Assembly: GCA_963704725.1 (NCBI GenBank)
Contig: OY969934.1
Location: forward strand, 864,001-928,000
From: an uncultured Actinomycetes bacterium
Lineage (GTDB): Bacteria; Actinomycetota; UBA4738; HRBIN12
Direction: 5' to 3'
Length of the DNA: 64,000 bases
This document shows, piece by piece, positions 29,326-38,682 of this stretch (positions are counted from its first letter, which is position 1; each line of letters opens with the position of its first letter). The notes under the pieces were generated by a model. That model was not told where the DNA came from. It saw only the letters and a list, made by a program, of their open reading frames with translations, and did not search any database. Position numbers and translations under genes: made by a program.

Positions 29326-30297
29326 ATGATGCGATTCGCCATCCTGGTGAGGGCCACGGACGCGTCCGAGGGGGGCGGCATGCCGAGCGAGGAGATCCTG
29401 ACCGATGTCGTCGCGTACCACGAAGACCTCGCGCGAGCCGGCGCGCTGTACGACGCGACGGGCCTGAGGCCGACCCGGGAGGGTTGGCGGATCCGGTACA
29501 CGGGCATGACGCGGACCGTCATCCAGGGACCGTTCGCGCCGGCCGCCGGACAGATCGCCGGTTACACCGTCATCCAGGTCCGTTCTCGAGAGGAGGCGAT
29601 GGGTTGGGCCATGCGCTTCCCGCGGCCAACCCTCGAGGACGTTGAGGGCGAGATCGAGGTCCGCCAGTTGTTCGAGCTCGAGGACTTCGTGCAGGGACCG
29701 GCGATCGCACGGTTCCGGGAGCTGGGCTCGATCGATGCGATCGCCGCAGACGTGGAGCAGGCCCGCCCGGACCTCGCGTCGGCGACGGCGCCCAACGGCA
29801 CGGCCACGATCCTGTTCACCGACATCGAGGGGTCGACCCAGCTCACCGAGCGCCTCGGTGACCAGGCGTGGATGGCCGTGCTGCAGGAGCACAACGCGAT
29901 CGTTCGGGCGCAGGCCGCGGCGCATGCTGGGTTCGAGGTGAAGTCGCAGGGCGATGGGTTCATGTTGGCCTTCGCCTCGGCCCTCGACGCCGTCCGCTGC
30001 GCGACCGGGATCCAGCGAGCCCTCGCCGAGCGAGACCCGCAGTCCGAGCAGCTCCGAGTGCGGATCGGACTGCACACGGGTGAGCCGGTACGCGAGGCCG
30101 ACGACTTCTACGGCAAATCGGTGATCCTCGCGGCTCGCATCGCCGCCGAGGCACGCGGCTCGGAGATCCTCGTCTCCTCGCTGGTGCGCGACCTCACCGA
30201 GAGCACGCGTGAGTTCGTCTTCGACGATCCGACTGATGTGGAGTTGAAGGGGCTCTCCGGGATGCACCGGTTGTCGGCGGTGCGCTGGAGGACGTGA
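29326..30297 (+). CDS. YciI (DGPF-type) domain fused to a class III adenylate cyclase domain
   Basis: N-terminus GLRPT...QGPFA...IAGYTVIQVRSREEA...IEVRQLFE. C-terminus ILFTDIEGST, VKSQGDGFM, RIGLHTGE, LAARI. Confidence 0.85.
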   Translation: MMRFAILVRATDASEGGGMPSEEILTDVVAYHEDLARAGALYDATGLRPTREGWRIRYTGMTRTVIQGPFAPAAGQIAGYTVIQVRSREEAMGWAMRFPRPTLEDVEGEIEVRQLFELEDFVQGPAIARFRELGSIDAIAADVEQARPDLASATAPNGTATILFTDIEGSTQLTERLGDQAWMAVLQEHNAIVRAQAAAHAGFEVKSQGDGFMLAFASALDAVRCATGIQRALAERDPQSEQLRVRIGLHTGEPVREADDFYGKSVILAARIAAEARGSEILVSSLVRDLTESTREFVFDDPTDVELKGLSGMHRLSAVRWRT

Positions 30298-30487
30298 GGC
30301 TACGCGGCGGCGACGAGGATCGGCGTGGCGGAGACCGACAGCGTGACGCGCCCGTCCACCGCCGTGACCGATCGTGGCGACGAACGAGCGCTTCCTTCCG
30401 ACCCGTTGGATCCGCTGCGACGGTTTGTCTCGGTCCCTTTTGCCGTCTCAGGAACTACGCGAGCGATCCGCCCCACCCCCTCCGGGG

Positions 30488-31417
30488 TCACGAGACCTCG
30501 GTCTCGTCTCGCGCGACCACCTTGTGGACGAATCGATCCTTCCCGTCCATCTTGGCCTCGTACATGAGCCGGTCGGCCAGATCCACCATCTCCTCGAAGT
30601 CGGCGGGTGGACGCTCGAAGGTGACCACCCCGATGCTGAGGGTGAGCCCGTCCGGCACCGAACCGATCGCTGACGCGAGGCGAGACCGCATATCGTTGAG
30701 GACCGACGCGACGCCGGACGCGGGCGTCTCGGGAAGAAGGACAGCGAACTCGTCTCCCCCCAGCCGGGCCACCAGGTCGGAGGTGCGCAGTCCATCGTGA
30801 AGTCCCTCGGCGAGCGCCCGAAGGACCTCATCGCCGACCCTGTGCCCCTGGGTGTCGTTCAGGAGCTTGAAGTCGTCGACGTCCACGTACACGAGGCTGA
30901 TGGCATGCCCATAGCGCGCGGCGCGATACAGCTCCACGCGCGCGATGTCCGAGAAGTACCGAGCGTTGGCGACGCCGGTGAGCGGATCGAGCCGGGACAG
31001 CTCCCGAGCCGTCGTCAGCGCTCGCAGCAGTCGATTGGTGAGCAGGGTGACGACGAGGAAGATCCCCGTTCGGACAGCTGCGTTCCAGTACGGGATCCAC
31101 GCGGACCCGTACCGGGCGCCGGAGAGCCGGTCTGCGACGAACCAGGCGGCCCCGGCGAGTGCGGCCGCCGCGATCGCGTGGCGACGTTGCGCATACCAGC
31201 CCACAAGGAAGACCGGGCCGAGGTAGAACACCGAGAAGGACAACTCCGAGCCCGTGAGCACGTCGATCGTCGCCACGAGCCCGATGAGCACGAGGCCGAT
31301 CACGAGGCCGGCGCCGGGGGACAAGGCCATGAGCGCGGCGTCGAGTCGTCGCCAGATCCCGGGTGCGGCGGGATCTGGCACTCCTCGATACTTCGTTTCG
31401 TGGCCGATCGCGGACAT
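30488..31417 (-). CDS. Membrane-anchored diguanylate cyclase (GGDEF)
   Basis: Four TM segments, DPLTG, DVDDFKLLNDTQGHRVGD, RTSD I-site, RLGGDEF. Confidence 0.93.
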   Translation of the reverse strand: MSAIGHETKYRGVPDPAAPGIWRRLDAALMALSPGAGLVIGLVLIGLVATIDVLTGSELSFSVFYLGPVFLVGWYAQRRHAIAAAALAGAAWFVADRLSGARYGSAWIPYWNAAVRTGIFLVVTLLTNRLLRALTTARELSRLDPLTGVANARYFSDIARVELYRAARYGHAISLVYVDVDDFKLLNDTQGHRVGDEVLRALAEGLHDGLRTSDLVARLGGDEFAVLLPETPASGVASVLNDMRSRLASAIGSVPDGLTLSIGVVTFERPPADFEEMVDLADRLMYEAKMDGKDRFVHKVVARDETEVS

Positions 31418-31598
31418 CTCCCGACTCGGTTTCCCAAGGCTAGCGCGCCGGCGCTGCGGTCCGGGCCGTTGCCCCGAGTCCCGTCGAGGGGAAGCCGTCG
31501 ATGACCTGCAGCATGATGGTGCCGGCATCGATGAGATTCGCGTGCGGGCTGAGTCACATCTTCGTGTTCGCACGCCACAGCGACCGAGGAGGAAGACG

Positions 31599-32435
31599 AT
31601 GACCGGGGATCGGACGACCGACGCGAGGGCCACCGGCGCATACGCCGAGGTCAACGGCATCAACCTCTATTACGAGATCCGCGGGGCCGGTCGCCCCCTG
31701 ATCCTGCTCCACGGCGGGCTCGGATCGGGTGAGATGTTCGGGCCGATCCTGCCCGCCCTGATCGAGCGCCACCAGGTCATCGTGGTCGACCTCCAGGGGC
31801 ACGGCCGCACCGCCGACATCGATCGGCCGATCGACGTCCGGCTGATGGCCGACGACATCGCGGCACTCATCGACCACCTCGGGCTCGAGAAGCCGGATCT
31901 CGTCGGCTACTCGCTCGGCGGCGGGGTCGCCTTCTTCACCGCCGTGAAGCATCCGGAGAAGGTCGGCAAGCTGGTGATGGCGGCGGCGCACATCAACTCG
32001 GACGTCATGCCGGCCGAGATGCGTGCTCAACAGGCCCAGGTGAACTCCGCGGCAGTCGAGTTCATGAAGGACACGCCGATGTACCAGCTCTATCAGCGGG
32101 TCGCTCCGCGCCCGCAGGACTTCGGGCGGCTGCTGGACAAGATCGGCGAGTCGATGAGCAGAGACTTCGACTACAGCGAGGAGTTGCGCGATCTCCGAGT
32201 GCCGACGATGCTCGTCTGCGCCGATGCGGAGATGGCGCCCCCGAGCCATTACGTCGAGGCGTTCAAGCTCCTCGACGGCGGTCTTCGCGACGGGGGTTGG
32301 ATGGGCGAGGGCCGGCCGAAGGGCGGGCACGCGCTCGCGGTCCTGCCCGGCCTGACCCACTACAACCTCTCCACCTCGCCGCTGTTCGCCGCGGTCGTTC
32401 TCGACTTCCTCGAGGGACCGCAGGGCCAGAGCTGA
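31599..32435 (+). CDS. Alpha/beta hydrolase
   Basis: LLHGGLG, DLQGHGRT, GYSLGG, PGLTHY. RBS GAGGAGG. Confidence 0.92.
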   Translation: MTGDRTTDARATGAYAEVNGINLYYEIRGAGRPLILLHGGLGSGEMFGPILPALIERHQVIVVDLQGHGRTADIDRPIDVRLMADDIAALIDHLGLEKPDLVGYSLGGGVAFFTAVKHPEKVGKLVMAAAHINSDVMPAEMRAQQAQVNSAAVEFMKDTPMYQLYQRVAPRPQDFGRLLDKIGESMSRDFDYSEELRDLRVPTMLVCADAEMAPPSHYVEAFKLLDGGLRDGGWMGEGRPKGGHALAVLPGLTHYNLSTSPLFAAVVLDFLEGPQGQS

Positions 32436-32457
32436 ACCGTCGACTGCGCGACGGCGG

Positions 32458-33732
32458 TCAGAACCTGCCGGGCCCCTCCTCAAGCGGCCCCACAAGGAGC
32501 CAGGTGCGCATGGGCCCCTTGCCTTTCACCTCGATCGACTCCCTCGGTTCCATGCGGTACCGATCGCACAGACGCGCGTGCACTCGCTCCGTGACCTGGA
32601 TCGAGCCCGGGGCGCCGTGGCTCTCCATCCGACTGGCGGTGTTCACGGTGTCGCCCCACAGGTCGTAGATGAACTTGCGCCGCCCGATCACGCCGGCGAC
32701 CACCGGACCGGTGTCGATGCCGATCCGGAGTTGGAGGTCGCTCCCTCCGGCCCGCCGCCCCTCGCACTCGCGCAGCATCGCGAACGCCATCTCGGTCACG
32801 GCCTCACAGTGGTCCCCCCGCGGGGTAGGGATCCCTCCGGCGACCATGTACGCGTCACCGATCGTCTTGATCTTCTCGAGTCCCTTCTCGTCGGCCAGCC
32901 GGTCGAAGGCCGTGAACAAGTCGTCGAGCAACGCCACCACGTCCTCGGGGGCCAGCGCGGCCGAGAGCGGCGTGAAGTCCACGATGTCGGCGAAGAGCAC
33001 CGTCGCCTCCGCGAACCGGTCGGCGATCACCTCGTCGCGGCGCTTCAGGCGCGCGGCCACCGGCGCGGGCAGGACGTTCAGCAGCAACCGCTCGGAGCGC
33101 GCGTGCTCCCGCTGCTGCTCGCGCACGAAGTACTGGAGCAGGACGTAGGCGACGAGGGAGGGCCCGGCCAGGTTCCCGGCGAAGAAGGCGATCCGGATGG
33201 GCTCGGGGATCGCCGCCGGCTCGAGGAACGGCTCGAGCGCCGTCGAGACCGCCAGGAGGGCGAGGTACGCGACGAACCAGGGCACGGCCTCGCGCGTTCC
33301 CGAGAACATGAGCGCGCCGAGCGCCGCCGAGAGCGCCCACAGGGACACGCCGCTGGAGCCCACGAACCCGCCGAGCGACCATTGGAGGGCGAACGGCAGC
33401 AGAAGCGTCAGCGCCAGTTGGATCGTCCGGAACGCTACGTAGCGCCGGGTCCGCGCGAACCAGGTGAGCAGGGCGATCGAGACCACGAGGTAGCCCAGGG
33501 GGATCGAGGCCGGCACCGGCAGGCCGAGCGCGAAATACGTGACGACCCACAGGGGTGTCAGGACACACACCAGGCACGTCGACAGCACCAAGGTCGAGCG
33601 ACGAAGCCGCTGCTCCTCCGTATCGGTCCCGACGGCGCCGAGGGCCGCCAGCCGCCGGAGCGGCGACGATCGCTCCCCGTCGATGCTCACACGTCGATCC
33701 GGTTCCACCGGGCGGATCGTGACAGCAACCAT
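32458..33732 (-). CDS. Membrane class III adenylate cyclase
   Basis: Six TM segments, LLLNVLP, VLFADIVDFT, KIKTIGDAYM, YDLWGDTVNTASRMES, VKGKG. Confidence 0.95.
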   Translation of the reverse strand: MVAVTIRPVEPDRRVSIDGERSSPLRRLAALGAVGTDTEEQRLRRSTLVLSTCLVCVLTPLWVVTYFALGLPVPASIPLGYLVVSIALLTWFARTRRYVAFRTIQLALTLLLPFALQWSLGGFVGSSGVSLWALSAALGALMFSGTREAVPWFVAYLALLAVSTALEPFLEPAAIPEPIRIAFFAGNLAGPSLVAYVLLQYFVREQQREHARSERLLLNVLPAPVAARLKRRDEVIADRFAEATVLFADIVDFTPLSAALAPEDVVALLDDLFTAFDRLADEKGLEKIKTIGDAYMVAGGIPTPRGDHCEAVTEMAFAMLRECEGRRAGGSDLQLRIGIDTGPVVAGVIGRRKFIYDLWGDTVNTASRMESHGAPGSIQVTERVHARLCDRYRMEPRESIEVKGKGPMRTWLLVGPLEEGPGRF

Positions 33733-33807
33733 CGTCGTGCGCGAGCGGACTCCGATCGCCTCAGGTCTGCGCGCAGGGGACTCAGCGCCCGGACTTGGCA
33801 TCGACGA

Positions 33808-33821
33808 TCTACATATGTAGA
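33808..33821. promoter_or_regulatory. Probable PadR operator
   Basis: Perfect 14-bp AT-rich palindrome TCTACATATGTAGA ending 8 nt before the padR GTG. Confidence 0.7.
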
Positions 33822-33829
33822 GTTAGAGC

Positions 33830-34171
33830 GTGGCCACCCGCACCCGATCGTTCTCGCCGCAGACGTCGCGCGTGCTGGTCGCGCTCGGCGGGCGGGCGGC
33901 GGAGTGGCGGTACGGCTATGAGCTGGGCCTGGAGGTCGGGCTGAAGTCGGGGTCGCTGTACCCGATCTTGATGCGGTTGTCCGACCTGGGCCTGTTGGAC
34001 TCGAAGTGGGAGCACGACCCGCCGGTGGGGCGTCCACCTCGCCACCTGTACCGGCTGAGCGCGACGGGGCTCGCCGCGGCGGCCCAGGCGCGCCGGGCCA
34101 GACGTTCGCGGACGTCGACCCGTCGCCGGCCCCAGGCCGGCTTCGGGTTCGGGAGCGCTCCGTGCTCGTGA
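33830..34171 (+). CDS. PadR family transcriptional regulator
   Basis: YGYEL, SGSLYPILMRL, GRPPRHLYRLS. Confidence 0.9.
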   Translation: MATRTRSFSPQTSRVLVALGGRAAEWRYGYELGLEVGLKSGSLYPILMRLSDLGLLDSKWEHDPPVGRPPRHLYRLSATGLAAAAQARRARRSRTSTRRRPQAGFGFGSAPCS

Positions 34172-35130
34172 TCGGTGTCGTGGCCCTGTTCCTGGTTGCC
34201 CTCGGGTGGCGCCGGACGGTGGCCGGCACGAGCGATTCGGCCGCGGCGATCGTCGATCTCTCGGCCCGGAGACTGGCTTCCACCCGGCCGGAGTGGGGTC
34301 GAGCCATGGCCGCCGAGCTGTCCTGCCTCGACGGTCGGTCCACCCGGTTGCGGTTCGCTCTCGGCTGCGCCCGCGCCGCGCTGCTTCCTCCTGCGGCGGG
34401 CGCGAATCCTGCGCCCGGAGTGCGCCTCGTGGTCGCCGCCGCGGCGGTGGCGATCGTCGGTCTCGGCATCCTCGTCCAACGACGAGCGGAGGCTGCCGCC
34501 ATCGCCCGGCACGGCGGCTCGTACGAGCTCGCCGCCGTCGTGCTCGTCCTCGCCGCCGTCGGGTTGCACGTGTGGCTGGTCGATCGACGGGCGCGGGAGA
34601 CGTCGGCACGAGCCACGGCCGCCCGCCGTTCGGGGGTCACGGTCGGGGTGTTCCTCGGGGCCACGGCCTTGCTGTTGTCGCTGCCGATCCCCGGCGCCTC
34701 GTCCTCATCCTGGTTTGGCGGCGTGACCGCCATGCTGGCGTTCCCCTTGATGCTCGTCGGCTGCCTGCTGACCGGGGTGGTGGCCGCTCGAGCGAGCGGT
34801 GACAGCGCCAGCGGTCATGAGGCGGGCGTGTGGGCGGGCCGCGTGGCCGGATCGATCATGGCCATCGGGCTGCTGGCGACCACCCTGTGGGCCACGGGAT
34901 GGTTCGTCCACGATCCGGCCACGATCAGCGCCTATCGCGACACCCTCGCTACTGTGCACGTCGGGACGTACCAATCGCAGTTCCGCACGATCGCCGGTTT
35001 CGTCTCGAGCGAGAACGTCGACGCCGCCCTGATCAGCTCTCTGGTGCTGTTCCCGCTGATCGGGTTGGTGTTCGGCGCCGTGGGCGGCGTCGTCGGTTCA
35101 CCTCGCCCCGTGCGCGGGCACGACGCGTGA
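34168..35130 (+). CDS. PadR-associated membrane protein
   Basis: GTGA overlap with padR, EWGRAMAAEL...RLRFALGC motif, multiple TM segments. Confidence 0.8.
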   Translation: MIGVVALFLVALGWRRTVAGTSDSAAAIVDLSARRLASTRPEWGRAMAAELSCLDGRSTRLRFALGCARAALLPPAAGANPAPGVRLVVAAAAVAIVGLGILVQRRAEAAAIARHGGSYELAAVVLVLAAVGLHVWLVDRRARETSARATAARRSGVTVGVFLGATALLLSLPIPGASSSSWFGGVTAMLAFPLMLVGCLLTGVVAARASGDSASGHEAGVWAGRVAGSIMAIGLLATTLWATGWFVHDPATISAYRDTLATVHVGTYQSQFRTIAGFVSSENVDAALISSLVLFPLIGLVFGAVGGVVGSPRPVRGHDA

Positions 35131-35299
35131 ATCGCGGTCCTCGACACACACCCGCGATGACTGGTGTCGGTGATCCCGCTCGCCGAGGGCTGCCGAGAAT
35201 ACCCCGTCACCACCTTCCACGAGAGGTGCGCGATCACACGCCGAGCTGCGGATCTCCGTCGGGGCCCGATGCGTTCGCCGTGAAGAGGCCATGCGCGTG

Positions 35300-35932
35300 T
35301 CAGTCGATGATCCGGGTGCGCAGGGCGATCGCCACGGCCTGCGCCCGGTCCGCCGCCCCGAGCTTCTCGTACACCTGTCGGAGGTAGGTCTTGACGGTGG
35401 CCTCGGACAGCCCGAGCTCCGCGGCGATCTGCTTGTCGGCCATCCCCTCGGCCAGGAGACCGACGACGTCCAGCTCCCGCGGCGAGAGCGCGGGTGTCGC
35501 CCCGCTCGCGCGGCTCGAGCTCGAGAACCGCTGCAGGAGCGGGCCGGTCACCTCGGCCTGGATGTAGGCGTCGCCGGCGCCCGCGGCGTTGATGGCTCGG
35601 ATCAGCTCGTCGCGCGGCGCGCTCTTCAGCAGGTAGCCGACGGCGCCGGCGCGGACCGCCTCCTCCACGTAGGTCGGCTCGTCGGCCATCGTGAGCATGA
35701 CGACGGGGAGCCCGGGAAACCGTTCCCGGATCGTGGCCAGGAACTCGAGCCCGCTGCCGTCGGGCAGATGGATGTCGAGGAGAACGACGTCGGGGCGATC
35801 GGCCTCGATGGCCTCGAGACCCTTGGTCCCCGTCTCCGCCTCGGCCACGATCTCGATCCCGCTGTCGGGCCCGAGCATCCACCGGAGCCCCTCCCGGACG
35901 ACGAGGTGGTCATCGACGACGAGGATCCGCAC
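35300..35932 (-). CDS. NarL/LuxR-family response regulator
   Basis: ILVVDDHLVVREG, LLDIHLPD, LSPRE, TVKTY. Confidence 0.95.
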   Translation of the reverse strand: MRILVVDDHLVVREGLRWMLGPDSGIEIVAEAETGTKGLEAIEADRPDVVLLDIHLPDGSGLEFLATIRERFPGLPVVMLTMADEPTYVEEAVRAGAVGYLLKSAPRDELIRAINAAGAGDAYIQAEVTGPLLQRFSSSSRASGATPALSPRELDVVGLLAEGMADKQIAAELGLSEATVKTYLRQVYEKLGAADRAQAVAIALRTRIID

Positions 35933-37748
35933 CGTCGGTCCTTTCGGCGGGCAGGGGCACCGTCGCCGTCAACGTCGTGCCGGCTTCCCGGCTGCTCATG
36001 ACCTCGACCGTGCCGCCGAGCGAGGTCACTCGGTCTCGTAGGTGCGAGAGCCCGGTCCCTTCGCGGAGGTCCTCGGTCCCGCTGCCGTCGTCGTGAACGG
36101 TCAGCACGACGCGCCCGTTCGCCTGCGAGAGACGGACCGAGACGTGGCCGGGCTCGGCGTGCTTGCGAGCGTTCATGACGGCCTCTTGAGCCGCCCGGTA
36201 CAGGGTGACGCCGACGGCGGGGTCGATCTCGGGCAGCTCGTCGACGCGGACGTCGATGGGCACGGGCCACTCGGCCTCGTGTTCGTGCGCGAGCGCTTCG
36301 AGCGCCCGGGCCAGCCCGAAGTCCTCGAGCACCGCCGGCCGGATCCGCGCCATGAACCGGCGGATGGACCGGGACTGCTCCTCCGCGAGGTCCTCGAGCC
36401 TGCCGAGCTCCTCGGCCACGTCGGGGTGATCGGGGACGCGGGCGCGCGAGCCCCGCAGGCCGAACAGGATCCGCGTGAGCACCTGGCCCAGGCCGTCGTG
36501 CAGATCGCCCACGAGGTGGCGGCGCTCCTCCTCCTGCCCCTCGACCAGGCGTCGGAGCAATCGCCCGCGCTGCTCGGTCATCTCGCGAAGGCCGTCGAAC
36601 CGCCGGGCGCTCTCGACGGCCACGCCGAGCTGCTGCGCGACCCCGGTGACGAGCCGGCGCTCGCGCTCCCCGAGCGGCGCCTCGGCCGGGGCGCAGGCTG
36701 CCAGGACCCCCCGCGTGTCCCTGCCGATCCTGAACGGCACCACGAGCACCGCGCAACGGGACCCGTCCTCGTGCGCCGACGACACCTCCGACGAGCCCGG
36801 GCGAGGCGGCTCACGGTCCTCGAGCACGTGCTGGGCGGCGGCGACCGCGGCGGGGCACATCTCGCCGTTGCTGGGCGTGAACGCGATGAGGGGAGTGGTG
36901 TCGTCCACCCACAGCGCGGCGCACCGAAGCCCCAGACCCGCCGACAGGGCGGCGAGCACCTCACGCCCGGCGCTCTCGAGCGAGGGCTCGCCCGACAGGG
37001 ACCGGGAGGTCTCGAGCAGCAGGGCCAGGTCCTCGGCCCGGTCCAGGGCTTCGCGGTGCTGCCGTGCCATGGACCGGCCGGTCGCCGCGAACAGCAAGAA
37101 CAGGAAGATCAACAGGATGGACAGGCCCGAGCCTACGGAGATCCACACCGCCAGCCGGATCTTGGCGAGGTGGGACTCGAGGGGGGCGAACCGCTGGTAG
37201 ATCTCGAACACGCCGAACACGACGGGGCCTTCATGGACGGGGACGTAGACCTCCAGGAGCGGGGCGCCGAGGGCCGTGTCGAACTCGTTCTCCTCGTGCG
37301 TCATGTCGGTGATCTCGGCCACCGGGGTCCCCGCAAGCGCGCTCGCGAGCGGATCGTCGATCGGGTAGCGCTGCCCCACCTCGCGCGGCTCGTCCGAGTA
37401 GACGATCTGGCCCGAGGGGTTCCACAGCTTCACGCGGACGTTCTCGCCGCCCAGCAACCCGTCGCGGACGAGGTGATCGAATGCGTCGTACTCCGCGCCG
37501 GTGAGCGGGTCGCCGATCGCCGGGATGAGGGCGCTGCTCAAGAGCGAGTGGACGAGGGAGTGCGCGGCGTCGGCGCGCGCCTCGAGCGACTCGCGCTCCG
37601 CGACGGCGGGGATGACGATGCCCAGGGCGATCGAGAGCACGGCCGAGACCGCCACGCCCGCGATCGAGAGGCGACCCGTCCGAGACAAGGCCGCCCACGG
37701 CAGCCGCCCAGTCTCGCGAACCGTGCCGACCAACCCCCGTTGCCCCAT
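35910..37748 (-). CDS. Sensor histidine kinase with a GAF-like domain
   Basis: Two TM segments, VRVKLWN sensor, GDLHDGLGQ, QEAVMNARKHA, HDDGSG. Confidence 0.92.
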   Translation of the reverse strand: MGQRGLVGTVRETGRLPWAALSRTGRLSIAGVAVSAVLSIALGIVIPAVAERESLEARADAAHSLVHSLLSSALIPAIGDPLTGAEYDAFDHLVRDGLLGGENVRVKLWNPSGQIVYSDEPREVGQRYPIDDPLASALAGTPVAEITDMTHEENEFDTALGAPLLEVYVPVHEGPVVFGVFEIYQRFAPLESHLAKIRLAVWISVGSGLSILLIFLFLLFAATGRSMARQHREALDRAEDLALLLETSRSLSGEPSLESAGREVLAALSAGLGLRCAALWVDDTTPLIAFTPSNGEMCPAAVAAAQHVLEDREPPRPGSSEVSSAHEDGSRCAVLVVPFRIGRDTRGVLAACAPAEAPLGERERRLVTGVAQQLGVAVESARRFDGLREMTEQRGRLLRRLVEGQEEERRHLVGDLHDGLGQVLTRILFGLRGSRARVPDHPDVAEELGRLEDLAEEQSRSIRRFMARIRPAVLEDFGLARALEALAHEHEAEWPVPIDVRVDELPEIDPAVGVTLYRAAQEAVMNARKHAEPGHVSVRLSQANGRVVLTVHDDGSGTEDLREGTGLSHLRDRVTSLGGTVEVMSSREAGTTLTATVPLPAERTDGADPRRR

Positions 37749-37975
37749 CCGAAGGTCCCCCGTTACCTCTTCGATCTCGCCTCACTGTGCTGCGCTCGGG
37801 CCGGGGTCCGGTCGGGCCGATCGGGCCCTCCGCGACGGGCCGAACGGACCGGGACCCCCCCTTCGAACGAAGGGGGCGGGGACGGGCCCGCAAGGGCACC
37901 TCGGCAGGGGCCCGGGGCGGGGCGGCCGCCTAGCGTTGCTCCCATAGCCGATCGAGGAAGAAGGAGGTCAGGGAG

Positions 37976-38584
37976 ATGCCACGTCGAACGTTCGACGCGA
38001 TCGTCTCGTCCGTCGGCGTGCTGCTGACGGCCGTGCTGATCATCGCGGGTGGGCTGCTGTACTGGGGTTACAGCTTCGCGAACAGCCAGGTCCACGAGAA
38101 CCTGAAGGCCCAGAGCATCTACTTCCCCGAGGCGGGCAGCGAGTCGCTGGCCTCGCCGGAGATCGGGCCGTACCTGAGCCAGTACGCCGGCCAGCAGCTG
38201 CTGAACGGCGAGCAGGCCCGGGCCTACGCGAACCACTACATCTTCGTCCACCTGCAGGGCATCGCCGAGGGCAAGACGTACTCGGAGGTCAGCACCCTGG
38301 CCCGGGAGAACCCGGACGACCCGGAGCTTGCCGCTCAGGTGGACACGCTGTTCCGCGGGACCACGCTGCGGGGGATGCTCCTTGACGCCTACGCGTTCTG
38401 GAAGTTCGGCCAGCTCGCCCTGATCGGATCCCTGGCGGCGTTCGGGCTCGCGGCCATCATGGGTGTGCTGAGCGTGCTGGGGTTCCGGCACCTTCGCAAG
38501 GTCTCGCCGAACGCGCAGGTCTTCGCGGTGGCGGGCGAATCGGTCTCGATCGAGGACGAGGTGGTCGTGGGGACCTCCCGCTAG
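37976..38584 (+). CDS. Conserved hypothetical membrane protein
   Basis: N- and C-terminal TM segments, AYANHYIFVHL, LFRGTTLRGMLL. RBS GGAGG. Confidence 0.85.
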   Translation: MPRRTFDAIVSSVGVLLTAVLIIAGGLLYWGYSFANSQVHENLKAQSIYFPEAGSESLASPEIGPYLSQYAGQQLLNGEQARAYANHYIFVHLQGIAEGKTYSEVSTLARENPDDPELAAQVDTLFRGTTLRGMLLDAYAFWKFGQLALIGSLAAFGLAAIMGVLSVLGFRHLRKVSPNAQVFAVAGESVSIEDEVVVGTSR

Positions 38585-38682
38585 CACGATCGCTCGACCG
38601 ATCCAGCCTCGGGGCTCGCCCGATCCACTTGGGCGAGCCCCGGTGCCGTCCTCGAGCCGGGGCCCCGCGAGGGTCTTCGGCG

